Origin: Pseudomonadota bacterium
GTDB lineage: Bacteria > Pseudomonadota > Gammaproteobacteria > Eutrophobiales > Eutrophobiaceae
Direction of reading: 5' to 3'
Assembly (NCBI GenBank): GCA_022574295.1
Contig: JACZSJ010000002.1
Coordinates: 1-63,384, forward strand
Length of the DNA stretch: 63,384 bases
This document shows positions 24,992 through 34,932 of this stretch, piece after piece; position 1 is the first letter of the stretch; each line of letters begins with the position of its first letter. Made by a program: the position numbers and the translations under genes. The notes below the pieces were generated by a model that worked only from the letters and a program-made list of their open reading frames with translations, made no database searches and had not been told where the DNA came from.

Positions 24992-26523
24992 TTAATCTTT
25001 TTTTTATTTCGCTTCTGTTTTATGCGTTCAACTGCGGCCTGAATATATGATTGCTTGTCTTCAATTCCCTTATCTTCGAACACCAGGGGATTTTCTTCAG
25101 AAGAGATTGTTTTATTTTTATCAAAACGATCATCAACAAAATTTAATCGCTCACTACGTGCTTCGAATCGATGGCGAGCATGTTCATACTCTGCATGTTT
25201 TTTTTCATAGACAGCAACATCTTTCTTTGCCTGTCTATAAGATTGCACCAAATGGATATTGCTTGGGCAAACATAAGCACAACAGCCACATTCAATACAA
25301 TCGAATAAGTGTAATGCTCGAACTTGATTAAGATCTTTTGCACGTGAGTATGCGAATAGTTCCTGGGGGAGCAATTTGGCGGGACATACGTCAACACAAT
25401 CGCCGCATCCGATACAAGGCATTTCCCTGGCTCGATTAAACTCTGATGTAACCAGGATACTGTTGGTGGTTTTAATCACGGGCATGGAAATATCGTGTAT
25501 GTGTTCACCCATCATGGGACCGCCCATAATCACAATCTCATTATCGCGCTGTTGATAGCCGACTTGTTCTAGACAATGGCTAACAGATGTCCCTAGTAAT
25601 ACCTGTAAATTACGTGGATCCTCAACATTGCCAGATACAGTGACATAACGAGAAAGCAGGGGCTCTCCACGTGTGACAGATCGAAACGCAGCAGCGGCAG
25701 TACCCACATTATGCATCACGATGCCAATATGGATCGGCAAACCACCGCTAGGGACTTCTTTGCCAGTCAGTACTTTAATTAGTTGTTTTTCACCGCCGGC
25801 CGGATATCGGGCAGGGACTTTTACCAACTCAATATCATCATCAATTAACGTATTCAGGGCATCAAATGCTTCAGGCATATCTTCTTCAACAGCTATCACA
25901 CAATGTTTTGCCTGAATCGCATGTTGCAGCATACGAGTTCCTGAAACGATATAATCTGCTTTCTCTCGAATAACACGATCATCACAGCTAATATACGGTT
26001 CGCATTCGACACCGTTGATAATCAATGTGTCAACGGCTGTGGCCGTGCCTTCACACAGTTTTACATGTGCCGGAAAGCCCGCACCACCCATGCCGACGAT
26101 GCCGGCTTCGCATATTAGATTTTGTAATTTTTCCGGGTCAATAGACAGAAAATCATCAACGGGGTCGAGTTCAAACCAGGCATCGTTGCCATCTGGCTCG
26201 ATAATGATGCAGGGTATTTGTACTGATTGATCTTGTGCAGATGGACAAGTGCTAATGTCAATAATCCTTCCAGAAGTACTGGCATGTACAGGCACACTCA
26301 CGTAGCCACTGGCCTGTGCAATTTTTTGTCCCTTCAGAACTGACTCTCCTTTTTTGACTAGTGGTTCTGAAGGGTTTCCTATGTGTTGTTGCAGTGGCAG
26401 GACAATTTTATCTGGAAGTGGCGTGATTAAAGATTCTTTACTGTTGGTCAATTCCTTGTATGTTCTGAGGTTTAACCCCCCGGGAAATTGATATAGCTCC
26501 CTGTTTATTTGTTCAAAGGTCAC
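24988..26523 (-). CDS. rnfC: Rnf electron-transport complex subunit C
   Basis: GMGGAGFP nucleotide-binding motif and two 4Fe-4S motifs (CIGCGDCVDVCP, CIECGCCAYVCP); 511 aa. Confidence 0.93.
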   Translation of the reverse strand: MTFEQINRELYQFPGGLNLRTYKELTNSKESLITPLPDKIVLPLQQHIGNPSEPLVKKGESVLKGQKIAQASGYVSVPVHASTSGRIIDISTCPSAQDQSVQIPCIIIEPDGNDAWFELDPVDDFLSIDPEKLQNLICEAGIVGMGGAGFPAHVKLCEGTATAVDTLIINGVECEPYISCDDRVIREKADYIVSGTRMLQHAIQAKHCVIAVEEDMPEAFDALNTLIDDDIELVKVPARYPAGGEKQLIKVLTGKEVPSGGLPIHIGIVMHNVGTAAAAFRSVTRGEPLLSRYVTVSGNVEDPRNLQVLLGTSVSHCLEQVGYQQRDNEIVIMGGPMMGEHIHDISMPVIKTTNSILVTSEFNRAREMPCIGCGDCVDVCPAKLLPQELFAYSRAKDLNQVRALHLFDCIECGCCAYVCPSNIHLVQSYRQAKKDVAVYEKKHAEYEHARHRFEARSERLNFVDDRFDKNKTISSEENPLVFEDKGIEDKQSYIQAAVERIKQKRNKKKIK

Positions 26524-26527
26524 AGGC

Positions 26528-27016
26528 TTAATCCATTGCCGGTTGCATACTGATGCAATTCATGGGGCAGGGCGCAATACAAAGTTCACATCCCGTACAT
26601 TCTCCAGTAAGAACACTATGCATTTGTTTGGTGGCACCCAGTATGGCATCCACCGGACAGGCCTTGATACATTTAACACAACCGATACATAGTGCTTCGT
26701 CTATGAATGCCATGTGTGATTTTTTTTCAAGTCCGTGAGCCTGATTAAGTGGTTTGACTTGTCGGCCCAATAATTCTGCCAATGCCTTGATCGTTTCAGT
26801 ACCCCCAGGTGGGCACTGGTTGATATCTGCCTCTCTTCGAACTATCGCCTCGGCATACGGCCTGCAGCCCGGGTAGTCACATTCGCCACATTGCGTTTGG
26901 GGCAATACAGCAAGAATAGGCCCTATATCCACTTGTTGTGCCGTCATTTTAGAAACTCTGGAAACGAGTAAGCCACATATCAGGGCCAGAAAAAGAATCA
27001 GCAAAATGGCGGTCAT
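26528..27016 (-). CDS. rnfB: Rnf electron-transport complex subunit B
   Basis: N-terminal TM, the Cys cluster [12 protein letters not shown], and two ferredoxin motifs ([24 protein letters not shown]). Confidence 0.9.
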   Translation of the reverse strand: MTAILLILFLALICGLLVSRVSKMTAQQVDIGPILAVLPQTQCGECDYPGCRPYAEAIVRREADINQCPPGGTETIKALAELLGRQVKPLNQAHGLEKKSHMAFIDEALCIGCVKCIKACPVDAILGATKQMHSVLTGECTGCELCIAPCPMNCISMQPAMD

Positions 27017-27586
27017 CTATTTCACCAGTCCCGAGAATCCCAGAAATGCCATTGAGATTAAAGCCAATGTAATCAGGGTAATGGAAGGACCTCTAAAGGG
27101 TGTTGGCACATCGGCCATTTCCAGTCGCGTATGAATGGCTGTCAGTAGCGCAAGCATTAAAGCAAAACCGATTGCCGTACCCAGGCCAAATACAAAGGAG
27201 AAAAATAAATGATGCTGCTGTAGTTGATTCAAAAGCAGTGTGCCAAGGACAGTAGAATTAATTCCCGCAAGTGGCAGAACTATTTTCGAGCCGTGTTTAC
27301 AGGCAGGGTTCGACCATGTCCTGAGAGCATAGGTAATCATAATAATCAACATCACGAATACAAAGATTTGCAGATGTTGTAGCTGTAACGGAATTAATAT
27401 GAACTGTGCAGAAGCAGAGGCAATGACTGTCGTTATTGGCAACAGGATGAGCATGGTACATGAGATATCACGAGAGACATTATGTCTCTGCATTGATACC
27501 AATGCAGGATCAGTACCGACAATATGTCCGACAACAATATTGTTAACCAGCGCGGAACTAATCAGAACAAGAAATAATTCTTCCAT
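27017..27586 (-). CDS. rnfA: Rnf electron-transport complex subunit A, divergent and lacking both conserved cysteines
   Basis: LVNN near the N-terminus and the conserved C-terminus ADVPTPFRGPSITLITLALISMAFLGFSGLVK identify RnfA. The positions of the usual LGLCP and TNC motifs read VGTDP and INS. Confidence 0.8.
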   Translation of the reverse strand: MEELFLVLISSALVNNIVVGHIVGTDPALVSMQRHNVSRDISCTMLILLPITTVIASASAQFILIPLQLQHLQIFVFVMLIIMITYALRTWSNPACKHGSKIVLPLAGINSTVLGTLLLNQLQQHHLFFSFVFGLGTAIGFALMLALLTAIHTRLEMADVPTPFRGPSITLITLALISMAFLGFSGLVK

Positions 27587-27622
27587 CCATTCATTTTACC
27601 CTCATCTCACTTTATTCTCATT

Positions 27623-29680
27623 TCACTTTACTTTCATTCCCGGTATCGCACCTTCATCGGGGCTTAAAATAAACAGATCCTTACCCCCAGGTCCTGCGGC
27701 AAGAACCATGCCTTCAGAAATACCAAAGCGCATTTTCCGCGGTGCGAGGTTGGCCACCATTACAGTATATCTTCCTTCCAGATCTTCCGGAGAATAGGCC
27801 GATTTGATTCCGGCCAGGACGTTACGTGTTTCGCCACCGATATCCAGGGTTAACTGAAGTAACTTGTCAGCTCCTTCAACGTGCTCAGCCTTGATTATTT
27901 TTGCAATGCGTAGGTCTACTTTGGCGAAATCATCGATAGAGATAACATCAGCAATGGGGTCATCATGTAATGGTCCAGACACTGTGGATTTCCCGCCAGA
28001 AGTATCACCGGAAGTATTTTGCGTCGCTGTCAGGTCTTCTTTACTTTTTTCTATCATGGCGTTGATATGCTCCTGTTCCACACGTGTCATCAGTGGTTTA
28101 AAATTGTTTATCTCATGTGCCAATAGTGCAGTTTGATTATGTTCCCAGATGAATGGATCGACATTCAGAAATTGTTCCGTTTTTTCTGCCATGACGGGCA
28201 GCACTGGTTTGAGATAAATAATCAGAATACGAAATAAATTCAGGCCCATCGTGCAGATACCTTGCAGTTCATCATCGTTATTTTCCTGTTTGGCAACGAC
28301 CCAGGGTTTTTGCTCGTCAATGTATTGATTTGCCTTATCTGCCAGAGCCATGATTTCACGCATAGCCTTGGCGTACTCTTTATCGGTATATGCCGAGGCA
28401 ATGCCGTTTCCTGCATTGACAAATTCTGCTAGTAATTCAGGCCGGTGAATCTCTGCGGCAAGCTTTCCTGCAAATCGCTTTTTGATAAACCCTGAACAAC
28501 GACTGGCAATGTTGACGACCTTACCAACCAGATCGGAATTTACTCTCTGCCGGAAATCCTCCATATTAAGATCGATATCATCGATACCGCACCCTAATTT
28601 GGCTGCAAAGTAATACCGCAGATATTCAGGATCCAGGTGTTCAAGATATGTCCGTGCCTTGATAAAGGTGCCTCTGGATTTCGACATCTTTTCACCATTA
28701 ACGGTGAGGAAGCCATGGGTATGAATAGATGTTGGGGTGCGTAGTCCGCTGCCTTTAAGCATAGCGGGCCAGAAAAGTGCGTGGAAGTAAACGATGTCTT
28801 TACCAATAAAATGGTGCATCTCGATATCACTGTCTTCCTTGATGAAGCTGTCAAAATCTAGTCCTTTCTGTTCACACAAATATTTCAAACTGGCAAGGTA
28901 ACCAATGGGAGCATCCAGCCATACATAAAAATATTTCCCAGGTGCATCTGGGATTTCGAAGCCGAAATAAGGTTCATCCCTGGAGATATCCCATTCCCGT
29001 AGGCCCGTTTCAAACCATTCGTCTAATTTATTGGCGACTTCTTTTTGCAAATGACCCGCGCGTGTCCAGTCGCGCAACATGTCTTCGAAGTCTGCCAGTT
29101 TAAAAAAATAATGTTCAGATTCTTTTTCAATGGGCGTGGCACCGGAAATGGCCGAGACAGGATTGACGAGTTCTGTCGGGCTGTAAGCTGCCCCGCAGGC
29201 TTCACAACTATCACCATATTGATCGGCGGCACCACATTTCGGACATTCACCACGAATAAAGCGATCTGGCAGAAACATTTCTTTTTCAGGATCATAAGCC
29301 TGTTTGATAGTGCGCCTGGAGATATGTCCGGCATCACGTAGGCGCTCGTAGATCATACAGGCCAATTCACGATTTTCATCAGAATGAGTAGTATGAAAGT
29401 GATCAAACTCCACCGAAAAGTCGGAAAAATCTGCCTGATGTTCCTTGCTGATACGGGCGATAAGTGTTTCAGGGCTGATACCTTCTTGTTGGGCACGGAG
29501 CATAATCGGTGTGCCATGGGCATCATCTGCACAGACGTAATAGCAAGTATGCCCCTGCATTTTCAGAAACCGTACCCAGATGTCTGTTTGGATATATTCT
29601 ACCAGATGGCCCAAATGGATTGGGCCATTGGCATAAGGCAAGGCGCTGGTAACCAGTAATGTTTTTCGTGTATCAGTCAC
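27623..29680 (-). CDS. metG: methionine--tRNA ligase
   Basis: HLGH (HIGH-type) motif, KMSKS, the zinc knuckle CPKCGA...CEACG, and a C-terminal tRNA-binding (Trbp111-like) domain; 685 aa. Confidence 0.97.
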   Translation of the reverse strand: MTDTRKTLLVTSALPYANGPIHLGHLVEYIQTDIWVRFLKMQGHTCYYVCADDAHGTPIMLRAQQEGISPETLIARISKEHQADFSDFSVEFDHFHTTHSDENRELACMIYERLRDAGHISRRTIKQAYDPEKEMFLPDRFIRGECPKCGAADQYGDSCEACGAAYSPTELVNPVSAISGATPIEKESEHYFFKLADFEDMLRDWTRAGHLQKEVANKLDEWFETGLREWDISRDEPYFGFEIPDAPGKYFYVWLDAPIGYLASLKYLCEQKGLDFDSFIKEDSDIEMHHFIGKDIVYFHALFWPAMLKGSGLRTPTSIHTHGFLTVNGEKMSKSRGTFIKARTYLEHLDPEYLRYYFAAKLGCGIDDIDLNMEDFRQRVNSDLVGKVVNIASRCSGFIKKRFAGKLAAEIHRPELLAEFVNAGNGIASAYTDKEYAKAMREIMALADKANQYIDEQKPWVVAKQENNDDELQGICTMGLNLFRILIIYLKPVLPVMAEKTEQFLNVDPFIWEHNQTALLAHEINNFKPLMTRVEQEHINAMIEKSKEDLTATQNTSGDTSGGKSTVSGPLHDDPIADVISIDDFAKVDLRIAKIIKAEHVEGADKLLQLTLDIGGETRNVLAGIKSAYSPEDLEGRYTVMVANLAPRKMRFGISEGMVLAAGPGGKDLFILSPDEGAIPGMKVK

Positions 29681-29836
29681 AGGTTAGTCATGGATCGGTA
29701 CATTTCGAGATAAGGCTTCCTGAAAAATTGCGGGGTAAGTTACCATTATTGAGGTTTAGGGTGAAGCTAAAGGCGTGAATAAGGTAGAATCATCCTCCGT
29801 TAAAATATCTAACAGGAATTGGGGCAATATTAAAGA

Positions 29837-30928
29837 ATGACTGGCATCACGAGAGAAAACATAGAAACACAACTGAAAAATTACGTAGAACCCTGTCTGG
29901 GGCAGGATTTGATAACAGCAAGCGTCATCAAGGGTATAGAGATAAACGGTGCTGATGTTGATTTGACACTGACATTGGGATTTCCAGCAGACGGGTATCA
30001 CGCGGCTCTAAAACAGGCGTTGAAGGATGAATTAAGCGCCGTGCCGGGCATCGGTGACGTTTCGATACAGATTGAAACTGATATTACCTCGCATTCAGTG
30101 CAAAAAGGGGTGCAAATATTACCCGGGATTAAGAATACCATTGCCATTGCCTCAGGCAAGGGCGGGGTCGGTAAGTCAACCACATCAGTCAATCTGGCAC
30201 TGGCATTGCAGGTAGAAGGTGCCAAAGTCGGCATTCTGGATGCCGATATCTACGGACCAAGCATGCCCAGGATGTTGGGGTGCAGTGGCAAGCCGGAGTC
30301 TGCAGATGGGAAATCCATTGAACCTAAGCTGTCTTACAATATTCAATCTATGTCGATTGGCTATTTAATTGATGAAGAAACGCCGATGATCTGGCGTGGG
30401 CCGATGGTTACGGGGGCGCTAGAGCAGTTGTTAGGGGATACCAACTGGAGCGATCTGGATTATCTGATAATTGATCTACCACCGGGTACCGGTGACATTC
30501 AATTAACGCTTTGCCAGAAGATTCCTGTGAGTGCGGCCATTATCGTCACCACACCCCAGGATATTGCCTTGTTAGATGCACGCAAAGCACACAATATGTT
30601 TGAAAAAGTGGGTGTGCCGGTCTTGGGTATCATTGAAAATATGAGTACGCATATTTGTAGTCAGTGTGGTTATGAGGAACATATTTTTGGCTCTGGTGGC
30701 GGAGAACAAATGTCGAAACAATACGGTATAGACCTATTAGGGTCTTTACCTCTGGACATCAAGATCCGTGAAGGGGTTGATGAAGGGAAACCTACGGTTG
30801 CCATCGAGCCTGATTCGGATATCTCTTTGCTCTATCGTGAGATTGCCAGAATGGCATCGGCAAGACTTTCTCTACGGGCGAAAGATTATTCGGGTAGATT
30901 CCCAAAGATAGTGATTGAAAATAATTAG
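29837..30928 (+). CDS. apbC: iron-sulfur cluster carrier protein ApbC/Mrp
   Basis: N-terminal DUF59-like region, the deviant Walker A SGKGGVGKST and the CxxC motif (CSQCG). It is divergent from metG, as in enterobacteria. Confidence 0.92.
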   Translation: MTGITRENIETQLKNYVEPCLGQDLITASVIKGIEINGADVDLTLTLGFPADGYHAALKQALKDELSAVPGIGDVSIQIETDITSHSVQKGVQILPGIKNTIAIASGKGGVGKSTTSVNLALALQVEGAKVGILDADIYGPSMPRMLGCSGKPESADGKSIEPKLSYNIQSMSIGYLIDEETPMIWRGPMVTGALEQLLGDTNWSDLDYLIIDLPPGTGDIQLTLCQKIPVSAAIIVTTPQDIALLDARKAHNMFEKVGVPVLGIIENMSTHICSQCGYEEHIFGSGGGEQMSKQYGIDLLGSLPLDIKIREGVDEGKPTVAIEPDSDISLLYREIARMASARLSLRAKDYSGRFPKIVIENN

Positions 30929-30955
30929 CAGAAAAATCAAACAGGATCAAAAAAC

Positions 30956-31522
30956 GTGACAGTTAAATCTGATAAGTGGATACGCCGTATGGCAGAAAAT
31001 GAGGGCATGATTGAGCCATTTGAACCAGGACAGATCAAGGAAAATGGCTCAGGCAGGATCATCTCCTACGGGACTTCCAGTTACGGTTATGACGTCCGCT
31101 GTGCAGCGGAATTCAGAATATTTACCAATATCAATTCAGCCATTGTTGATCCCAAGGATTTTGATTCAGGCAGTTTTGTTAATGTGGATTCAGATGTTTG
31201 CATCATTCCTCCCAATTCATTCGCACTGGCAAGAACCGTAGAATACTTTCGAATTCCGAGAAATATTTTGACTATCTGTCTGGGGAAATCAACCTATGCA
31301 CGTTGTGGGATCATCGTTAATGTCACGCCACTGGAACCGGAATGGGAAGGTAATGTCACACTGGAATTTTCCAATACGACGCCATTACCTGCAAAGATAT
31401 ATGCCAATGAAGGTGTTGCACAGATGATCTTTTTTGAATCTGATGAAGTTTGTGAAATCTCGTATAAAGATCGGCAAGGCAAGTATCAGGGACAAACCGG
31501 GGTCACATTGCCCAAAACCTGA
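30956..31522 (+). CDS. dcd: dCTP deaminase
   Basis: Near full-length similarity to the 188-aa gammaproteobacterial Dcd ([10 protein letters not shown]..., [33 protein letters not shown]). GTG start. Confidence 0.95.
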   Translation: MTVKSDKWIRRMAENEGMIEPFEPGQIKENGSGRIISYGTSSYGYDVRCAAEFRIFTNINSAIVDPKDFDSGSFVNVDSDVCIIPPNSFALARTVEYFRIPRNILTICLGKSTYARCGIIVNVTPLEPEWEGNVTLEFSNTTPLPAKIYANEGVAQMIFFESDEVCEISYKDRQGKYQGQTGVTLPKT

Positions 31523-31534
31523 AACTGTGATGCT

Positions 31535-32932
31535 ATGAAGTATCTCCCCATATTTCTGGATCTAACTGTTGCACCCTGTCTCGTCGTCGGAGGTGGAACA
31601 GTGGCTGCGCGCAAGGTGGCACAATTGCGTAAGGCCAACGCACAAATCACGGTGATCGCGCCGAAACTGTGCCAGGAATTATCAGCACTGGTCGATAAAA
31701 AGTCGATTGATTATGTTGCTGGTCATTTCAGTAAAACTAATCTGAAAAACAAGATGTTGGTGATTGCTGCCACCGATGATGCCGCAGTCAATCAGCAGGT
31801 ATCTGAATTAGCCAAAGAAAGAAACCTGCCCGTCAATGTGGTTGATAATCCTGTACTGTGTAGCTTCATTATGCCCTCTATTGTTGATCGCGATCCGGTT
31901 CAAATTGCGATTTCTACAGGAGGGAGTTCCCCTGTTTTGGCGCGTCTATTACGCGCGCGCCTGGAAACGCTGATTCCATCTTCTTATGGCAAACTGGCCG
32001 AGTTGATGGCGAAATTTCGCCACAAGGTTAAGACGAAATACCCGGAGATGCAGCGACGCAGACGTTATTGGGAGAGCATCTTGCAAAGCCCCATTGCTGA
32101 AATGATTTACGCTGGACAGGGAAGATCAGCGTTGGATGCACTGGAAAAAACACTCATTGCGGAGGATGATGATATTCCTCAAACGGGAGAGGTTTATCTG
32201 GTTGGTGCCGGACCGGGGGATCCTGATCTATTAACCTTTAGGGCGTTAAGGCTAATGCAACAGGCTGAGGTCGTGCTTTATGATCGTCTGGTCCCCCCTG
32301 CGATTGTTGATCTAACCCGCAAAGACGCCGAGCGTATTTATGTGGGTAAAAAACGTGATCAACACGCCTTGCCACAAATGGAGATCAGTCAGCTATTAGT
32401 AAATTTAGCCAAACAGGGGAAACGCGTATTAAGACTCAAGGGGGGGGATCCATTTATCTTCGGGCGGGGGGGGGAGGAAATAGAATTACTTTCTGCAGAA
32501 AATATCCCTTTTCAGGTGGTCCCCGGGATAACTGCAGCGGCAGGCTGTGCCTGCTATGCAGGGATCCCGTTAACACATAGAGATTATGCGCATACCTGTG
32601 TGTTTATTACGGGCCACTTAAAAGACGGCAGTATGGATCTGAACTGGGATACCTTGATACAGCCCAGACAAACCATTGCTGTCTATATGGGGATCGTGGG
32701 GCTGGAAGTACTCTGTCAAGAATTGATTGCGCGAGGGATGTCTGCATCGATGCCAGCAGCATTAATTCAGCAAGGTACAACACAAAAACAAAAAGTTTAT
32801 ATCGGGGATTTGGCAAGCCTGCCTGATATACCCAAGCAACATGACATTCAACCACCGACAATAATTATTATTGGCGAAGTGGTCAAATTACATGAAAACC
32901 TGTCATGGTTTGAACCCCAGAGTAATGACTGA
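31535..32932 (+). CDS. cysG: siroheme synthase (uroporphyrinogen-III C-methyltransferase / precorrin-2 dehydrogenase / ferrochelatase)
   Basis: N-terminal Rossmann motif VVGGGTVAARK, and a C-terminal methyltransferase with VYLVGAGPGDPDLLT and RLKGGDPFIFGRGGEE. Confidence 0.93.
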   Translation: MKYLPIFLDLTVAPCLVVGGGTVAARKVAQLRKANAQITVIAPKLCQELSALVDKKSIDYVAGHFSKTNLKNKMLVIAATDDAAVNQQVSELAKERNLPVNVVDNPVLCSFIMPSIVDRDPVQIAISTGGSSPVLARLLRARLETLIPSSYGKLAELMAKFRHKVKTKYPEMQRRRRYWESILQSPIAEMIYAGQGRSALDALEKTLIAEDDDIPQTGEVYLVGAGPGDPDLLTFRALRLMQQAEVVLYDRLVPPAIVDLTRKDAERIYVGKKRDQHALPQMEISQLLVNLAKQGKRVLRLKGGDPFIFGRGGEEIELLSAENIPFQVVPGITAAAGCACYAGIPLTHRDYAHTCVFITGHLKDGSMDLNWDTLIQPRQTIAVYMGIVGLEVLCQELIARGMSASMPAALIQQGTTQKQKVYIGDLASLPDIPKQHDIQPPTIIIIGEVVKLHENLSWFEPQSND

Positions 32933-33080
32933 ACAAGAGTTGCCGCCTAAACCAAGGGAACCGGACTTATCTGAATGTTGCCAACGCAACTGTGAAAAAT
33001 GCGTCTTTGTTTATTACGAAAAAGCACTGGTTCGCTGGCAAAAGAAAATTGAGGAGATTAAGACAGGTTCGACACACTAG
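32925..33080 (+). CDS. oxidoreductase-like-domain small protein
   Basis: MTEQELPPKPREPDLSECCQRNCEKCVFVYYEKAL... has the CC-x3-C-x2-C-V-x-x-Y pattern of the Oxidored-like domain. Its ATG overlaps the cysG stop (ATGACTGA). Confidence 0.55.
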   Translation: MTEQELPPKPREPDLSECCQRNCEKCVFVYYEKALVRWQKKIEEIKTGSTH

Positions 33081-33283
33081 TAATGAGGTGGTTTTTCATC
33101 AACGAGATATTCTGAGTCATCTTGTTCTGCCATGCTGTGATATCTCAAGGTAAGCGACCGCAGAGCTTCTTCCAATTGGTCCAGTTTTAACTGTTGTGAG
33201 TGAACTGTCTTATTGAGTTCCTGGATCAGGTCTTCCTGATAGGCAAGCTTTGTTTCAATATCAATGAGCCGCTGATTGTCCAT
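33077..33283 (-). CDS. slyX: SlyX family protein
   Basis: 68-aa coiled-coil protein; IETKLAYQEDLIQELN is the SlyX signature. Confidence 0.8.
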   Translation of the reverse strand: MDNQRLIDIETKLAYQEDLIQELNKTVHSQQLKLDQLEEALRSLTLRYHSMAEQDDSEYLVDEKPPHY

Positions 33284-33289
33284 ATTTTT

Positions 33290-34192
33290 CTATTGCCTGT
33301 TAACTACATTTGCAGAGGCTTCTAGTGCTTCTATTCTTTTTTCCAGAGGCGGGTGGCTCATGAACAGGTTTTTGAGTCCGCCGCCAATGCCACCTGAAAT
33401 TCCGAAAGAAGAAAATTCTCCAGGCAGGTCTTGAGGATCATTGACCGTTTGTAATCGTTTCAGGGCTGCAATCATCTTTTGTCTACCGGCAAGTTCGGCA
33501 GCCCCGGCATCAGCATGAAACTCACGCCAACGGGAGAACCACATGACAATGGTGCTTGCGAGTATGGATAGTACTATTTGCGCGATAATGGAGGTGATGT
33601 AATAAGCGGGCCCCATACCACGTTGAGTTTTGAAGACGACACGGTCAACAACAAAACCGACTATGCGTGATAGAAAAATAACAAAGGTATTTACCACCCC
33701 TTGCATCAGTCCCATGGTGATCATATCGCCATTACTGACATGACTTACTTCGTGGGCGAGCACGGTTTCGACTTCATCTTTTGTCATGTGCTGGAGCAGG
33801 CCTGTGCTTACTGCAACCAGTGCATTATTACGATTGATCCCTGTGGCAAAGGCATTGGGTTGTGGAGATTCAAATACCCCGACTTCAGGTATACCAATAC
33901 CCGCCTGCTCAGCTTGTTTCTGAACAGTGCTGACTAGCCATTGTTCATCCTGATTGCTGGCTTGCTCGATCACATGAACACCCATGCTTCTTTTGGCCGA
34001 CCATTTAGAGATTGCAAGTGAGATGAAGGAACCGCTAAAACCAATCACTGCAGACATGACCAGCAAGGCGTTAAGGTTTAGGTCAACACCGTTGCTATCT
34101 AATATGCCTTCGATTCCAAAAACCTGAAATACGATACTGATCAAAACCAGTATCGCGGCATTGGTTGCCAGAAAAAGGCCTATACGCATCAT
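33290..34192 (-). CDS. htpX: protease HtpX
   Basis: M48 metalloprotease with an HEVSH motif and four TM segments; 300 aa. Confidence 0.93.
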   Translation of the reverse strand: MMRIGLFLATNAAILVLISIVFQVFGIEGILDSNGVDLNLNALLVMSAVIGFSGSFISLAISKWSAKRSMGVHVIEQASNQDEQWLVSTVQKQAEQAGIGIPEVGVFESPQPNAFATGINRNNALVAVSTGLLQHMTKDEVETVLAHEVSHVSNGDMITMGLMQGVVNTFVIFLSRIVGFVVDRVVFKTQRGMGPAYYITSIIAQIVLSILASTIVMWFSRWREFHADAGAAELAGRQKMIAALKRLQTVNDPQDLPGEFSSFGISGGIGGGLKNLFMSHPPLEKRIEALEASANVVNRQ

Positions 34193-34297
34193 GATGTGAA
34201 TCCTCCAAAGAAAACAATAACAAGGAAAAATGCAGTAATATTTTAGATGTAAAATGGGGATAAAGTGCTATCCGGCAGACTCATCTTACATATCGTT

Positions 34298-34342
34298 ATA
34301 CCCAAATTACCTGAAACCTGCATTTCCAGGTAGTTTGGGTAT
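34298..34342. repeat. 45-bp palindromic extragenic element, copy 1
   Basis: ATACCCAAATTACCTG aaacctgcatttc CAGGTAGTTTGGGTAT: 16-bp arms (15/16, the mismatch being a T:G pair) and a 13-nt loop. It lies in the divergent htpX/pgpA intergenic region. Confidence 0.8.
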
Positions 34343-34416
34343 TTGTCATAGTATATTCTGTTTGTTCGACGCTATCATCCGAAGCTAGATGTTTGAAAGA
34401 TGACCCTTATAAACTA

Positions 34417-34899
34417 ATGAGTAAAAACACACCTATTCCTCAGGGGTTCCTGAAAAATCCTATTCACCTGCTGGCATTGGGGTTTGGGTCGGGCTGTGTG
34501 CCGAAGATGCCAGGAACGGCAGGGACGCTTGTTGGTATATTATTTTACCTGCCGATGATGTCCCTGTCCTGGCCTGTCTATATAGGTGTCACCGTTGCTC
34601 TATTTTTGTTTGGTGTCTGGCTGTGTGGGGTGACGGCCAGGCATCTTGGTGTACATGATCACGGGGGTATTGTCTGGGATGAGATCGTGGGTTTATTGAT
34701 CACGATGACTGCGGTTCCCCCTGATTGGCGATTTGTACTATTGGGCTTTGTTTTGTTTCGCTTGTTTGATATATGGAAACCCTGGCCAATAAATTGGCTG
34801 GATCACAAGGTATCAGGTGGATTAGGCATCATGCTGGATGACCTGGTAGCCGGGATTTATGCCTTAATAATACTTCAATTAATCGTATATTTATTATAA
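34417..34899 (+). CDS. pgpA: phosphatidylglycerophosphatase A
   Basis: LLALGFGSG, PGTAGT and WDEIVG motifs. The first in-frame ATG is at 34417 (the ORF track starts at the TTG at 34393). Confidence 0.88.
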   Translation: MSKNTPIPQGFLKNPIHLLALGFGSGCVPKMPGTAGTLVGILFYLPMMSLSWPVYIGVTVALFLFGVWLCGVTARHLGVHDHGGIVWDEIVGLLITMTAVPPDWRFVLLGFVLFRLFDIWKPWPINWLDHKVSGGLGIMLDDLVAGIYALIILQLIVYLL

Positions 34900-34932
34900 T
34901 GTTATGTTTTGTTTAAAACATATAGTTTAAGT

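Noticed and set aside
27601-27636. Imperfect tandem ctcatctcacttta / ttctcatttcacttta between metG and rnfA
   Set aside because: It is short, AT-rich and partly overlaps the metG stop region. It is most simply the rnfA ribosome-binding or leader region.
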